A model generated the notes under the pieces. The model searched no databases. It was not told the origin of the DNA and was given only the letters and a program-made list of their open reading frames with translations. 64,000 nt of DNA from an uncultured Oceanobacillus sp. Lineage in GTDB: Bacteria > Bacillota > Bacilli > Bacillales > Amphibacillaceae. Of the stretch, positions 11,267 through 21,608 are shown one piece after another. The first letter of the stretch is position 1. Each line of letters starts with the position of its first letter. Made by a program: the position numbers and the translations under genes. The stretch spans positions 22 through 64,021 of the forward strand of contig CALKWU010000215.1 in assembly GCA_938004015.1 (NCBI GenBank). Reading direction: 5' to 3'.

Positions 11267-11662
11267 ATGGCTTTATTTGGTAATATTATCACGAATTTGG
11301 AACGCTCACTTGATTATGCTGCGGCAAAAAATCGGGCGATTTCCAGCAATATTGCAAATGTCGATACCCCTGATTATAAGGCGAAAGATGTCGTATTTAA
11401 ACAAGCTTTGAACGAGGCGATGAATCAATCGCTTGAAGCGAAGCGTACAGATGCCCGCCATATTCCTTTTTCCAACTCCAACTTATCAAGTTATCATGTG
11501 GTGACCCGAAACAACACGGTGTACAACCATAATGGCAATAATGTGGACATCGACAAAGAAATGACGGAGTTGGCAAAAAACCAAATCTATTATCATAGTC
11601 TTATCGATCGATTGAATGGGAAGTTTAATAGTTTGCAAACGGTCATTAGGGGAGGGAGATGA
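11267..11662 (+). CDS. flgB: Flagellar basal-body rod protein FlgB
   Basis: NIANVDTPDYKAKD, NGNNVDIDKEM. Confidence 0.96.
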   Translation: MALFGNIITNLERSLDYAAAKNRAISSNIANVDTPDYKAKDVVFKQALNEAMNQSLEAKRTDARHIPFSNSNLSSYHVVTRNNTVYNHNGNNVDIDKEMTELAKNQIYYHSLIDRLNGKFNSLQTVIRGGR

Positions 11663-11664
11663 TC

Positions 11665-12117
11665 ATGTCCATCTTTTCCAGCATTAATACGAGTGCAAGT
11701 GGATTGACGGCACAGCGTTTACGCATGGATGTCGTTTCTTCAAATATCGCAAACAGTGAAACCACCCGTGCACGTGTAGACGAAAATGGAGAATGGGAAC
11801 CGTATCGGAGAAAATTGGTCACATTTCAAAGTGAAGGTAACAGTTTCCGTTCCCACTTGGAAGCCCAAAGGAATCAACGATCTGAAACGTCAGATGTGAG
11901 AGCGTCTGTCATTACTGAGGATCGGGCGCCTTTCAGAATGGTGTACAATCCGGAACATCCCGATGCGGATGACATGGGATATGTACGTATGCCGAATGTC
12001 GACCCGTTGAAAGAAATGGTCGATTTGATGAGTGCGACAAGATCTTATGAAGCAAATGTCACTGCATTGAACGCAAGTAAAGGAATGTTGATGAAAGCTC
12101 TCGAAATCGGCAAATAA
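11665..12117 (+). CDS. flgC: Flagellar basal-body rod protein FlgC
   Basis: SASGLTAQRLRMD, PYRRK, HPDAD..GYV.MPNV. Confidence 0.96.
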   Translation: MSIFSSINTSASGLTAQRLRMDVVSSNIANSETTRARVDENGEWEPYRRKLVTFQSEGNSFRSHLEAQRNQRSETSDVRASVITEDRAPFRMVYNPEHPDADDMGYVRMPNVDPLKEMVDLMSATRSYEANVTALNASKGMLMKALEIGK

Positions 12118-12140
12118 CAGACGAAAGGGTGTGAAAAAGA

Positions 12141-12440
12141 TTGAATATCCATTTTAACCCAAGTCCACAAATCCGACCAGAACGAACTCCTGTTTCTGAA
12201 ACAAAACCGATTGAGGCACAGGCGAGTTTCGCCAATGTACTTAAAAATGCAATTAACAACGTCAACGATATGCAAATCGAGTCTGATCGAATGACGAATC
12301 AATTGGCTAGTGGACAAGCTACAGATTTACATAACGTGATGATAACGGCACAAAAAGCGAGTATCACACTCGAGACAACTGTGCAAATACAGCAAAAAGT
12401 GATCGATGCTTACAATGAAATCATGAGGATGCAAGTGTGA
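12141..12440 (+). CDS. fliE: Hook-basal body protein FliE
   Basis: DLHNVMI..QKA, AYNEIMRMQV; TTG start. Confidence 0.94.
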   Translation: MNIHFNPSPQIRPERTPVSETKPIEAQASFANVLKNAINNVNDMQIESDRMTNQLASGQATDLHNVMITAQKASITLETTVQIQQKVIDAYNEIMRMQV

Positions 12441-12494
12441 TTTTTTTTCATCCGACAAAAAGCATTCGATTCATACGAGTTGATGGAGGATCTT

Positions 12495-14102
12495 ATGAAG
12501 GATAAGTATTTGAAATGGAAAGAATCGATTCAAGCTTTTTGGCAAGAACAATCAAAAAAACAAAAAATGATATATGTGGGGCTCGCTGCAAGTGGCCTTG
12601 TCCTTATTATCGGCATCTCCATCTTTTTGTTAACTTCCAGTGAAAGATTTGTTCCGTTATATTCAAATTTATCCATTCAAGAAACAAGTCAAATCAAAGC
12701 TGAATTGGACAGTAGAGGTGTCCCATATGAACTCGGTGATGGAGGGACGACGGTCAAAGTTCCGGAAAGTCAAGTCGACGCACTGCTCGTCGAATTGGCT
12801 GGTCAGGGAATCCCCGACAGTGGGAATATCGATTATTCTTTCTTCAGTGAGAATGCGTCTTTTGGAATCACCGATAATGAATTCAATATGATGAAACTGG
12901 ATGCTATGCAAACTGAATTGGCAAATTTGATCACGGGAATCGACGGAATCCAGAATGCGGAAGTGATGATCAATTTGCCGGAACAGTCTGTGTTCGTTGG
13001 AGATGAGATGGGGGAAGCATCTGCAGCAATTGTGCTCCAAACAGAACCGGGATATCAGTTTGAAGAACATCAAATTCGGGCATTGTATCATTTAGTATCA
13101 AAAGCCGTCCCTAATTTACCAGAAGAAAATATTGGAATTATGAACCAGTACTTTGAATATTTCGATTTGGACAATGGATCCCATTACAGTTCACAAAACA
13201 CCCATACATATCAACAAACGGTAAAAAAGGACGTAGAACGGGACATACAGCGCAGATTGCAGCAAATGCTCGGTGCGATGATCGGACAAGATAACGTCAT
13301 CGTTTCCGTCACCGCAGACATCGATTTCACACAGGAAAATCGAGTGGAAGAGCTCGTTGAACCGGTGGATATCGAAAATGTGGAAGGACTCCCTGTCAGT
13401 TTGGAGACGATCCAAGAGTCATACAGCGGTAACCCACCAGAAGGCGGTGTGGTAGGAACCGGTGAAGAAGATGTAGCGAACTATCCTGGTGCCGCAACTG
13501 GTGAAAGCGGCGATTATGAATTCGACAAAGAAACGATCAATTATGAATTTAATCGGATTAGGAGGGAAATTGTCGAGAGTCCATATAAAATCCGCGATCT
13601 CGGCATTCAAGTAGCCGTGGATAACGTCAGAAGTGTGGATGGAGATGATGTCGAGTATTTGACATTGCAAGAACAAAGTGCAGTGGAGGATGGGATAGCG
13701 TCCATACTTGAGTCAATCCTCAATACTTCCATCGATACCGAGACTTACGGTGAAGTGGAGGCCGAAGAAAAATTCTCCATTGTTTTCCAAGAGTTTTCAA
13801 GCCATCCGATTGCCGATGATGGAGAAACGTCCACTATCCCTACATGGCTTTACATCGTTGGTGGTGTATTGCTTGCGGCAATCATCCTGCTCGTCATCTT
13901 ATTGATCCGTAATCGCCGGACGGAAGATGAAGATGTGATTGAAGAGGTGACCGTCCAAGACTTCACGACGGAAGAAGTACCGGATTTGCCTGAACAAGAA
14001 CAATCGGATGAAATGATCAGGCGCAAACAATTGGAGAAATTGGCTCAAGAGAAACCGGAAGAGTTCGCCAAGTTGTTGAGAAGTTGGATTGGTGAAGATT
14101 AG
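12495..14102 (+). CDS. fliF: Flagellar M-ring protein FliF
   Basis: Two TM segments, ASAAIVL, C-terminal AKLLRSWI; operon position. Confidence 0.95.
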   Translation: MKDKYLKWKESIQAFWQEQSKKQKMIYVGLAASGLVLIIGISIFLLTSSERFVPLYSNLSIQETSQIKAELDSRGVPYELGDGGTTVKVPESQVDALLVELAGQGIPDSGNIDYSFFSENASFGITDNEFNMMKLDAMQTELANLITGIDGIQNAEVMINLPEQSVFVGDEMGEASAAIVLQTEPGYQFEEHQIRALYHLVSKAVPNLPEENIGIMNQYFEYFDLDNGSHYSSQNTHTYQQTVKKDVERDIQRRLQQMLGAMIGQDNVIVSVTADIDFTQENRVEELVEPVDIENVEGLPVSLETIQESYSGNPPEGGVVGTGEEDVANYPGAATGESGDYEFDKETINYEFNRIRREIVESPYKIRDLGIQVAVDNVRSVDGDDVEYLTLQEQSAVEDGIASILESILNTSIDTETYGEVEAEEKFSIVFQEFSSHPIADDGETSTIPTWLYIVGGVLLAAIILLVILLIRNRRTEDEDVIEEVTVQDFTTEEVPDLPEQEQSDEMIRRKQLEKLAQEKPEEFAKLLRSWIGED

Positions 14103-14115
14103 GAGGAAATGACTG

Positions 14116-15129
14116 ATGGCTAGACCGAAAAATAGATTGACCGGAAAACAGAAAGCAGCGATTCTATTGATATCGCTCGGTCCAGATGTTTCCGCCCAAG
14201 TGTATAAACATTTGACGGAAGAAGAAATCGAGAAGCTAAGTCTGGAAATTTCATCCGTAAAAAAAGTGGACGCTGAACTGAAAGAAGAAATCATCGAACA
14301 ATTCCACCAAATTGTCGTTGCTCAAGATTATATAACCCAAGGCGGGATCGGCTATGCCAAAACGGTGCTCGAAAAAGCCTTTGGAAAACAAGAAGCCGCA
14401 TCCATCATCAATCGCCTTACCTCCTCTTTACAGGTAAGGCCCTTTGATTTTGCAAGAAGAGCCGACCCGCAGCAAGTGCTCAATTTCATTCAAAATGAGC
14501 ATCCGCAAACGATCGCTTTAGTACTTTCCTATTTGGATCCGGAACAGGCAGGGCAAATTTTGTCCGAATTGCCACAAGAGATGCAAGCGGAAGTGGCGAG
14601 GAGAATTGCGACGATGGACTCGACATCTCCGGAAATCATCAGCCAAGTGGAGCGGGTGCTTGAAAGCAATTTATCTGCTTCATTGACGGAGGATTACACT
14701 CAAACCGGTGGAATCCAAGCTGTAGTGGAAGTGCTGAATGGCGTGGATCGGAGTACGGAGCGTACGATTCTCGATACATTGGAGGCGCAAGATCCGGAAC
14801 TTGCGGATGAAATCAAGAAACGGATGTTCGTCTTTGAAGATATTGTCATTCTTGACAACCGGGCAATCCAACGTGTCATTCGCGAAGTGGAAAACGAAGA
14901 TCTTCGCCTTGCTCTTAAAGCTGCCAGCGACGAAGTGAAAGAAGTCATTTTCAACAACATGTCGACTCGAATGGCGGAAACATTCAAAGAAGAAATGGAA
15001 TATATGGGTCCGGTACGGCTGCGTGATGTGGAAGAGGCGCAACAACGGATTGTCGCCACCATCCGTCGCTTGGACGAAATCGGTGAGATTGTCATCGCCC
15101 GTGGCGGAGGTGACGATATCATTGTCTAA
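14116..15129 (+). CDS. fliG: Motor switch protein FliG
   Basis: KAAILLISLG, EHPQTIA, MFVFED. Confidence 0.97.
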   Translation: MARPKNRLTGKQKAAILLISLGPDVSAQVYKHLTEEEIEKLSLEISSVKKVDAELKEEIIEQFHQIVVAQDYITQGGIGYAKTVLEKAFGKQEAASIINRLTSSLQVRPFDFARRADPQQVLNFIQNEHPQTIALVLSYLDPEQAGQILSELPQEMQAEVARRIATMDSTSPEIISQVERVLESNLSASLTEDYTQTGGIQAVVEVLNGVDRSTERTILDTLEAQDPELADEIKKRMFVFEDIVILDNRAIQRVIREVENEDLRLALKAASDEVKEVIFNNMSTRMAETFKEEMEYMGPVRLRDVEEAQQRIVATIRRLDEIGEIVIARGGGDDIIV

Positions 15130-15874
15130 AATCATCAAAAGAAACAATCTGCCGAGAAGGGAAATAAAAATCAAACCGGTTCCTGTCAAAAGCGTACAAA
15201 CGTCCAAGGGAAATGAAGAACAAGCATTACAGAACACGTTGACGAAGATTGAACAAGCCAAACTTGAGCTTCAGCAACTTGAAGCAAAGAAAAACAATTT
15301 GTTGCAACAAGTCGAAAATGAAATCGAACAAAAAAAAGCGGCGTGGGAACAAGAAAAAGACGTTTTGATTAAACAAGCGAAGGAAGAAGGATTCCAAGCC
15401 GGTTACGAGGACGGAAAACGCGCCAGTTTCGAACAATACAAATCGTTGTTGGATGAAGCGAATAGAATTGTCGATCTTGTGAAAGTCGACTACCAAAAGA
15501 CGTTGGAGCAGACGGAAGATGTAATCATTGAACTAGCGATACATACGGCAGAAAAAATTTTGGACCAACAGCTGAAAGATGAACCAAGCAAATTCACCCA
15601 TATTGTTAAAACGGCTTTAAAAGAAATCAAAGACCAATCCGTCGTTTCCATCTATTTGCATCCGGCAAATTATGAAATCGTCCTCGAACAAAAAGCGGAA
15701 TTGAAGAAGATGCTCGAAACGGATACGAAACTGTCGCTTTACATCAATGACGAATTGGCTGAGAACAGCTGTGTCATCAAACATCCTTTCGGGGAAATCG
15801 ATGCTTCTGTCGATACACAGTTGGAAGCGATCCGTAATGTATTGAAAGATTTGACAATGGAGCAAGAACAATGA
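15122..15874 (+). CDS. fliH: Flagellar export protein FliH
   Basis: AKEEGFQAGYEDG, GEIDASVDTQL; TTG start after GGAGGTG. Confidence 0.9.
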   Translation: MSKIIKRNNLPRREIKIKPVPVKSVQTSKGNEEQALQNTLTKIEQAKLELQQLEAKKNNLLQQVENEIEQKKAAWEQEKDVLIKQAKEEGFQAGYEDGKRASFEQYKSLLDEANRIVDLVKVDYQKTLEQTEDVIIELAIHTAEKILDQQLKDEPSKFTHIVKTALKEIKDQSVVSIYLHPANYEIVLEQKAELKKMLETDTKLSLYINDELAENSCVIKHPFGEIDASVDTQLEAIRNVLKDLTMEQEQ

Positions 15875-17190
15875 TGTTGGAAAAATACCTTCTTGCAATC
15901 GAAAATGCCGATGCATATAAACGGTATGGAAAAGTTTCCAGAGTGGTCGGAATCATGATTGAATCGCAAGGACCGGAGGCGAATATCGGTGAAGTTTGTT
16001 ACATCCATTCCGCAACGAAAAAGCGTGAACCGATACTGGCAGAAGTCGTAGGATTCAATAATGAAAAAATCATCCTCATGCCTTACAGTGAAGTAACGGA
16101 AATCGGTCCTGGTTGTTTGGTCGAATCAACAGGGAAACCATTGACGATCAAAGTCGGTAGAGGGTTGATCGGCTCGGTTGTCGACTCCTTGGGCAATCCG
16201 TTGGACGGTTCCCCGTTACCGAAGGGTTTATCCAATTATTTGACGGAACAATCTCCGCCTAATCCCTTGGAACGTCCGCCCATCCATGAGGCATACCAAG
16301 TCGGTGTAAAAGTGATCGATTCCTTGCTTACGATGGGAAAAGGGCAAAGGGTCGGATTGTTCGCAGGTAGTGGTGTAGGAAAAAGCACCTTGCTTGGAAT
16401 GATCGCCCGAAACAGTAGTGCGGACATCAACGTTATCGCTTTAATAGGGGAACGTGGCAGAGAAGTCCGTGAATTCATTGAAAAAGACCTCGGCTCGGAT
16501 GGTTTGAAAAAATCGATTGTCGTTGTCGCCACTTCGGATCAACCAGCTTTGATGAGGATTAAAGGAGCTTATACCGCAACTGCCATCAGTGAGTATTTCC
16601 GGGATTTAGGTTTTCAAGTCAATCTGATGATGGACTCCATCACAAGGGTGGCGATGGCGCAAAGGGAAATCGGACTTGCCGTCGGAGAGCCACCGACGAC
16701 GAAAGGCTACACCCCATCGGTATTTTCCATATTGCCTAAATTATTGGAAAGGACAGGGACGAATTCCAAAGGAGCAATTACAGCCTTTTACACTGTGTTG
16801 GTTGACGGAGATGACATGAATGAACCGATAGCCGATGCGGTGCGTGGAATATTGGATGGCCACTTTGTCATGGACCGGAAACTCGCCGAACGAGGGCAAT
16901 ATCCGGCAATCAATGTGTTGAAATCAATCAGCCGGGTCATGGATCAAGTTGCGAGCGATGAACATATCGCTTTGGCCCAAGAAATCCGATCATTACTGGC
17001 GGTATATGAAGAAAACAGTGAACTGATTAACATTGGCGCTTATAAAAAAGGCTCCAACCAAGAAATCGATCAGGCGATCACTTATTATCCGAAAATCCAA
17101 AAATTCTTGAAACAAGGGACCCACGAATATAAAACGTTGGATGAAGCGATCGAACTCATGGATCGATTAATTAATGGAGGAATGTCCTAA
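15871..17190 (+). CDS. fliI: Flagellar export ATPase FliI
   Basis: FAGSGVGKSTL, GERGREV, DSITR, ILDGH. Confidence 0.97.
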   Translation: MMLEKYLLAIENADAYKRYGKVSRVVGIMIESQGPEANIGEVCYIHSATKKREPILAEVVGFNNEKIILMPYSEVTEIGPGCLVESTGKPLTIKVGRGLIGSVVDSLGNPLDGSPLPKGLSNYLTEQSPPNPLERPPIHEAYQVGVKVIDSLLTMGKGQRVGLFAGSGVGKSTLLGMIARNSSADINVIALIGERGREVREFIEKDLGSDGLKKSIVVVATSDQPALMRIKGAYTATAISEYFRDLGFQVNLMMDSITRVAMAQREIGLAVGEPPTTKGYTPSVFSILPKLLERTGTNSKGAITAFYTVLVDGDDMNEPIADAVRGILDGHFVMDRKLAERGQYPAINVLKSISRVMDQVASDEHIALAQEIRSLLAVYEENSELINIGAYKKGSNQEIDQAITYYPKIQKFLKQGTHEYKTLDEAIELMDRLINGGMS

Positions 17191-17636
17191 TGTCACAGAC
17201 TGTATCTTTGTCCAAAGTGCTGAATGTAAGGGAAAATGAAAAAAAAATGGCACAAAAAGCCTACATCAGTTCCCGAGATATTTTTGAAGAAGTGGCGACC
17301 AAACTCTATCATGCCTTGAAGAAGAAAGAAGAGGCAGAAGCCGCTTACGATCAATTCATCCAGAAACAAACATCGATCGAAAGGATCAGGGAACAGATAT
17401 CCTATATCGAAAAACTGAATCAAGAAATCATCCATTTGCAAAACCAATACCAACTTGCCAGAAACGAAATGGAACAAAAACAAGAAGTATTGACGGACGC
17501 ATACATAGAAGTGAAAAAATTCGAATCCATCATTGAAAAACGGAAACGGCAAGAAGCGGAAAAAACGGCGCGGATGGAAAACATGTTTATGGATGAAATA
17601 TCGATCAATCAATTTTTGAACAATAAAAACAGGTGA
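17190..17636 (+). CDS. fliJ: Flagellar export chaperone FliJ
   Basis: Coiled coil, EVKKFE, MDEIS; follows fliI. Confidence 0.92.
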   Translation: MSQTVSLSKVLNVRENEKKMAQKAYISSRDIFEEVATKLYHALKKKEEAEAAYDQFIQKQTSIERIREQISYIEKLNQEIIHLQNQYQLARNEMEQKQEVLTDAYIEVKKFESIIEKRKRQEAEKTARMENMFMDEISINQFLNNKNR

Positions 17637-17641
17637 GTGAA

Positions 17642-18235
17642 ATGGCAGATACGAAGCAAACAGAAAAAAAGAAAATGAATCCCATCCTTTGGTTTTTGTT
17701 CGCCATTGTCATTCCTGTTTCCATCGTCCTTGTCATCATTTTCGTCATTTTGAGTTTGGCCGGATTCAACGTATTGGATTGGACAAGGGAAAAAGGCAGC
17801 GAACTTCCTGTTGTTTCAAATTTCGTTTCCAGTCCGGAGGAAGTCGCAATAGAAGAAGAGATTTCCCGCTTAGAAGAAGAATTGGAAATGAAGGATGAAG
17901 AAATCGAACAATTGGAATTCACAATAGACGAATTGGAAGATGAAATCGTCCATCTGGAACAGGAAATTTCCAGTCAAGAAGAAATCATCGCAAATTTCGA
18001 GGCTGAAGAGACCGATGAAGAAGATGGCGAAGAAACAGATAATGATAGTTTGTCAGAAATGGCAAAAACGTTTGAAGAAATGAAAGCAAAAGGAGCGGCA
18101 CAAATTCTCGAAAACATGACAGAAGAAGAAGTGGTCATCATTATGCGTGAGCTTCCGAACGATGTACGTGGGGACATTTTGGAAGCGATGGATGCAGAAA
18201 TCGCCGCATCGATTGCCGCCCAGCTCATGAATTGA
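17642..18235 (+). CDS. ylxF: YlxF / MotE-family protein (TM, coiled coil, MgtE_N-like)
   Basis: N-terminal TM, acidic coiled coil, FEEMKAKGAAQIL; synteny. Confidence 0.85.
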   Translation: MADTKQTEKKKMNPILWFLFAIVIPVSIVLVIIFVILSLAGFNVLDWTREKGSELPVVSNFVSSPEEVAIEEEISRLEEELEMKDEEIEQLEFTIDELEDEIVHLEQEISSQEEIIANFEAEETDEEDGEETDNDSLSEMAKTFEEMKAKGAAQILENMTEEEVVIIMRELPNDVRGDILEAMDAEIAASIAAQLMN

Positions 18236-18269
18236 GGTGATGAATCACCTTGAAAGGAGGTGAGAGCAC

Positions 18270-19796
18270 GTGCAGGCGACATGGTTATTATTGTCAAACC
18301 AAATGCCGATGACAGATACGAGCACTGGCTTTGGTGAAAAAACCGACATTCAGGCGGAAACATCGGCTTTCCATCAATTGCTGGATAAACAAATGCCGCT
18401 GTCGAATCAGACGAATGAATCAAGCCTGGATACTAATCCGGTAGACGGCGAGTCGTTTGGAAATCAAGTGGAAGATATACTACGTGAGTTTTCCCTGTTG
18501 GATAGCGAAAGTCTCCAAGACCTGCTGGACAAACTCGAGGAAATGCCGATGGCCGATCCGGAATTGATGGAACAACTGACGGATTTGAATCCCGGAGTAA
18601 ACTTACTTGCTTTTTTAGAGTCTTTATCCGAGGAAAAATTACGATGGCTTCATGAGGCGCTTGAACAAATCCAAGGTGCGATTGTCGGAGGCGAGAATTT
18701 ACATGCCGAGGGTACAAAGCAAAAGAAAATGGAGAGACACGACGTCACTTCCGAACTCCTACCTTATGTCCTTGAAGAGTCTGTAGATTCCAAACAGCGG
18801 ACGAGATCGAATCCGGAAACATCGTCCAGTCCAACGACCGGGGTAATGTTCCACGAAAGGGAAATAACCCGAGGAGAGATTACCCATCAATTGTTGACCC
18901 AAGTTGAACAATTGCTTCTCGATGTGGATAGCGCCAAAGATTTGTCTGTCGTAGCACCAAAACTACTGAAATTATTGGAAATGTGGCATCAGCAAGTCGT
19001 CCGTGGAAAGGATGCGCAAAATGGCATGTTCCTCCAACATTTGCAAGAGTTGAATATAGATGGATTGAGCCAGCAATCATTGCATGAAGCAAACATCTAT
19101 GGAACGAAGAAGCGTCCGTTGCAAGATGTATGGAAGATATGGCAGGAATTAGTCCAACGATATGGACAAAAATCAAACTTCCATTCCAAAAAGATCTATC
19201 CGTTGGAATCTAAAGTGACGACAAATGATATTATCCGTTGGTTGGGACGTGCGTTAAACGCAAACTTCCATACGGAAAAATCGGTAAATCAATCATTGAA
19301 TGCTTCGGTAAGTATTCCGATTGCCCAAGTGGAACAATTTGTCATCCATTTGCCGAATGCAACATCGACCCAGTTATCGGATAAAGTTCTGTTGGAACAG
19401 TTCCAAAGGTTGATCGACGGGAATAAACACATACTCTTTCAACCACGCGGACAATTGGCGATTACGTTGAAACCGGAAAACCTTGGTGAAATGCTCATCC
19501 GTTTTACGAAAATGAACGGTGAGATGATGGTGAAAATTCTCGTGACAACGACTGTAGCGAAGGAAATGTTGGAAGGAAACATGCAACAATTGCGACATAT
19601 GTTTGCTCCCCATCAAGTCGTCATCGAACGTCATGATGCCAACACGGTAGTGTCAGAACCACAAACACCTCAAAAAGAGGGTGAAAATGAACAAGACAAT
19701 CACAAAGATCGGCCTACGAAAGAACAGGAACAACAAGATGAAAAAGCTTCTTTTGCAGAATTCTTCGATGAATGGCTGATGAATGAGAAAGTGTAG
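18270..19796 (+). CDS. fliK: Hook-length control protein FliK
   Basis: C-terminal ITLKPENLGEM domain; GTG start after AAAGGAGGTGA. Confidence 0.88.
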   Translation: MQATWLLLSNQMPMTDTSTGFGEKTDIQAETSAFHQLLDKQMPLSNQTNESSLDTNPVDGESFGNQVEDILREFSLLDSESLQDLLDKLEEMPMADPELMEQLTDLNPGVNLLAFLESLSEEKLRWLHEALEQIQGAIVGGENLHAEGTKQKKMERHDVTSELLPYVLEESVDSKQRTRSNPETSSSPTTGVMFHEREITRGEITHQLLTQVEQLLLDVDSAKDLSVVAPKLLKLLEMWHQQVVRGKDAQNGMFLQHLQELNIDGLSQQSLHEANIYGTKKRPLQDVWKIWQELVQRYGQKSNFHSKKIYPLESKVTTNDIIRWLGRALNANFHTEKSVNQSLNASVSIPIAQVEQFVIHLPNATSTQLSDKVLLEQFQRLIDGNKHILFQPRGQLAITLKPENLGEMLIRFTKMNGEMMVKILVTTTVAKEMLEGNMQQLRHMFAPHQVVIERHDANTVVSEPQTPQKEGENEQDNHKDRPTKEQEQQDEKASFAEFFDEWLMNEKV

Positions 19797-19804
19797 GTGG
19801 AAAG

Positions 19805-20242
19805 ATGAATACAATCGATTCTTCGTTGTTTTTGCGGAATCAGCCGTCGACAAGAGAACCGAATCCGCAGTTGGATAAAGATGGTTTTCTGAAAATCCTG
19901 ATGACGCAATTGCAACATCAAGATCCATCCGATCCGATGAACAGTCAGGAAATGGTTGCTCAAATGACGCAACTTTCATCATTGGAACAAATCATGAATA
20001 TGTCGAAATCAATCGAAATGCTTGTCGAAAGCCAATTGATTTCACCGGTCATCCAATACAGCCATATGATCGGTAAAGTCGTATCTTTTGAGAAAACTGG
20101 TGAGGACGGGATCAAAGAATTGGTGACTGGTCAAGTCGTCGCTGTGACACAGGAGGACGGTTGGGCGATTCTGGAATTGGATAATGGAGATAAAGTGTAC
20201 GCCGATGCGATTATGGAAGTACGCGACAAGGAAAATAGTTGA
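19805..20242 (+). CDS. flgD: Hook capping protein FlgD
   Basis: LDKDGFLKILMTQLQHQDP..PM, QLSSLEQ. Confidence 0.95.
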   Translation: MNTIDSSLFLRNQPSTREPNPQLDKDGFLKILMTQLQHQDPSDPMNSQEMVAQMTQLSSLEQIMNMSKSIEMLVESQLISPVIQYSHMIGKVVSFEKTGEDGIKELVTGQVVAVTQEDGWAILELDNGDKVYADAIMEVRDKENS

Positions 20243-20260
20243 ACATTCAAAAGGAAGTGG

Positions 20261-20638
20261 ATGAAAATGGATCATCGGATTCATCAAGTGCCGAACCAGG
20301 CATTACAGTTTCCTACATCCATACCACCCAAAAGGAAAACAACCGGAGTCCCTTTTCATGAAATCCTGACCGAACAGCAACAGCTGAAAGTGAGCAAGCA
20401 TGCTTCCGAGCGGATACGGGAAAGGAATATAGAAATATCAGATGCCTTATGGCGAAAGATTGGTGAAAAGGTGCAAGAAGCAAAACAAAAGGGTGTGACC
20501 GATTCATTAGTCGTACTGAATGATGCGACATTGCTCGTCAGCGCGAAAAACAATACGGTCGTGACCGCAATGAATCGGGAGGAAGCAGGAAGCAGAATTT
20601 TCACGAACATCAATGGAACGATTTTAATCGATGAATAA
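20261..20638 (+). CDS. Flagellar operon protein, TIGR02530-like (function unknown); start may be 20267
   Basis: LKVSKHASERIRERNI, A..KG..DSLV, NNTVVTAM, IFTNINGTI; located between flgD and flgE. Confidence 0.85.
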   Translation: MKMDHRIHQVPNQALQFPTSIPPKRKTTGVPFHEILTEQQQLKVSKHASERIRERNIEISDALWRKIGEKVQEAKQKGVTDSLVVLNDATLLVSAKNNTVVTAMNREEAGSRIFTNINGTILIDE

Positions 20639-20693
20639 GGCTGGACCTTACGAGGAGGCCTTTTACAGCTATGGAACGATGGAAATAGCTGAA
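20637..20693 (+). promoter_or_regulatory. Two-hairpin structured RNA element upstream of flgE
   Basis: AAGGCT-GGA-CCT-tacg-AGG-A-GGCCTT followed by CAGCTAT-ggaacgatggaa-ATAGCTG. Confidence 0.55.
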
Positions 20694-20736
20694 GAAATTT
20701 CAAATCGATAAATGTCAAGAAAAGGAGAGATGGAAC

Positions 20737-21558
20737 ATGTTACGATCAATGTATGCTGGTATTTCAGGAATGAAAAACTTTCAAACGAAATTGGATGTTG
20801 TTGCAAACAACATCGCCAACGTGAACACACCGGGATTCAAAAAAGGACGGGTCGTTTTCCAAGATATGCTCAGTCAAACGGTAGCTGGAGCCCAAGCACC
20901 AACCGAAACCCGAGGCGGAGTGAACCCGGCTCAAGTCGGATTAGGTTCCCAATTAGGGGCAATCGACAATATACACACACAAGGGTTCCGCCAAACGACG
21001 AACAACCCGCTCGATTTATCGATCCAAGGTGATGGATTCTTTGCGGTGCAAGATGGAGAACGGACTTATTACACGAGAGCCGGGAACTTCTATCTGGATC
21101 ATGAAGGATACATTGTCAACTCTGATGGGTATTATTTGGTAGGTGAAAATCTACTTACTAATGATATAAACCCATATGATTCACGAATACGATTACCTCT
21201 GGACAATGTCCAAAGCTTCAACATTACTCAAGAAGGTTATGTTGAATATGTCGATGTGGAAACTGGCCAACGGGAGAGAGCAGGACGAATCAATATTATA
21301 GACTTCGCAAATCCTTCTGGGCTCTATAAAGAAGGGGGTAATTTATATACTGAATCCCCTAGTTCAGGAGCAGCTACGGTTCTTGATTTGGATGTTTCTG
21401 CTACTAGCATCGTATCCAACTCACTGGAAATGTCCAATGTGGACTTGGCGGAGGAATTCACGGAAATGATCACCGCTCAACGTGGGTTCCAAGCGAATAC
21501 ACGAATCATCACAACGTCGGATGAAATTTTACAAGAACTGGTGAATCTAAAACGGTAA
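20737..21558 (+). CDS. flgE: Flagellar hook protein FlgE (short Bacillus type; often annotated FlgG)
   Basis: NNIANVNTPGFK, YTRAGNF, LEMSNVDLAEEF; position after flgD. Confidence 0.93.
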   Translation: MLRSMYAGISGMKNFQTKLDVVANNIANVNTPGFKKGRVVFQDMLSQTVAGAQAPTETRGGVNPAQVGLGSQLGAIDNIHTQGFRQTTNNPLDLSIQGDGFFAVQDGERTYYTRAGNFYLDHEGYIVNSDGYYLVGENLLTNDINPYDSRIRLPLDNVQSFNITQEGYVEYVDVETGQRERAGRINIIDFANPSGLYKEGGNLYTESPSSGAATVLDLDVSATSIVSNSLEMSNVDLAEEFTEMITAQRGFQANTRIITTSDEILQELVNLKR

Positions 21559-21568
21559 TGAGGAGGAG

Positions 21569-21599
21569 GGGAGTGGCTGACTGACCGTCGGGCACTCCC
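21569..21599 (+). promoter_or_regulatory. GC-rich hairpin between the SD and start codon of swrD
   Basis: GGGAGTGgCTGAC-tgacc-GTCGGgCACTCCC, no U-tract. Confidence 0.6.
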
Positions 21600-21608
21600 G
21601 CCAATTGT

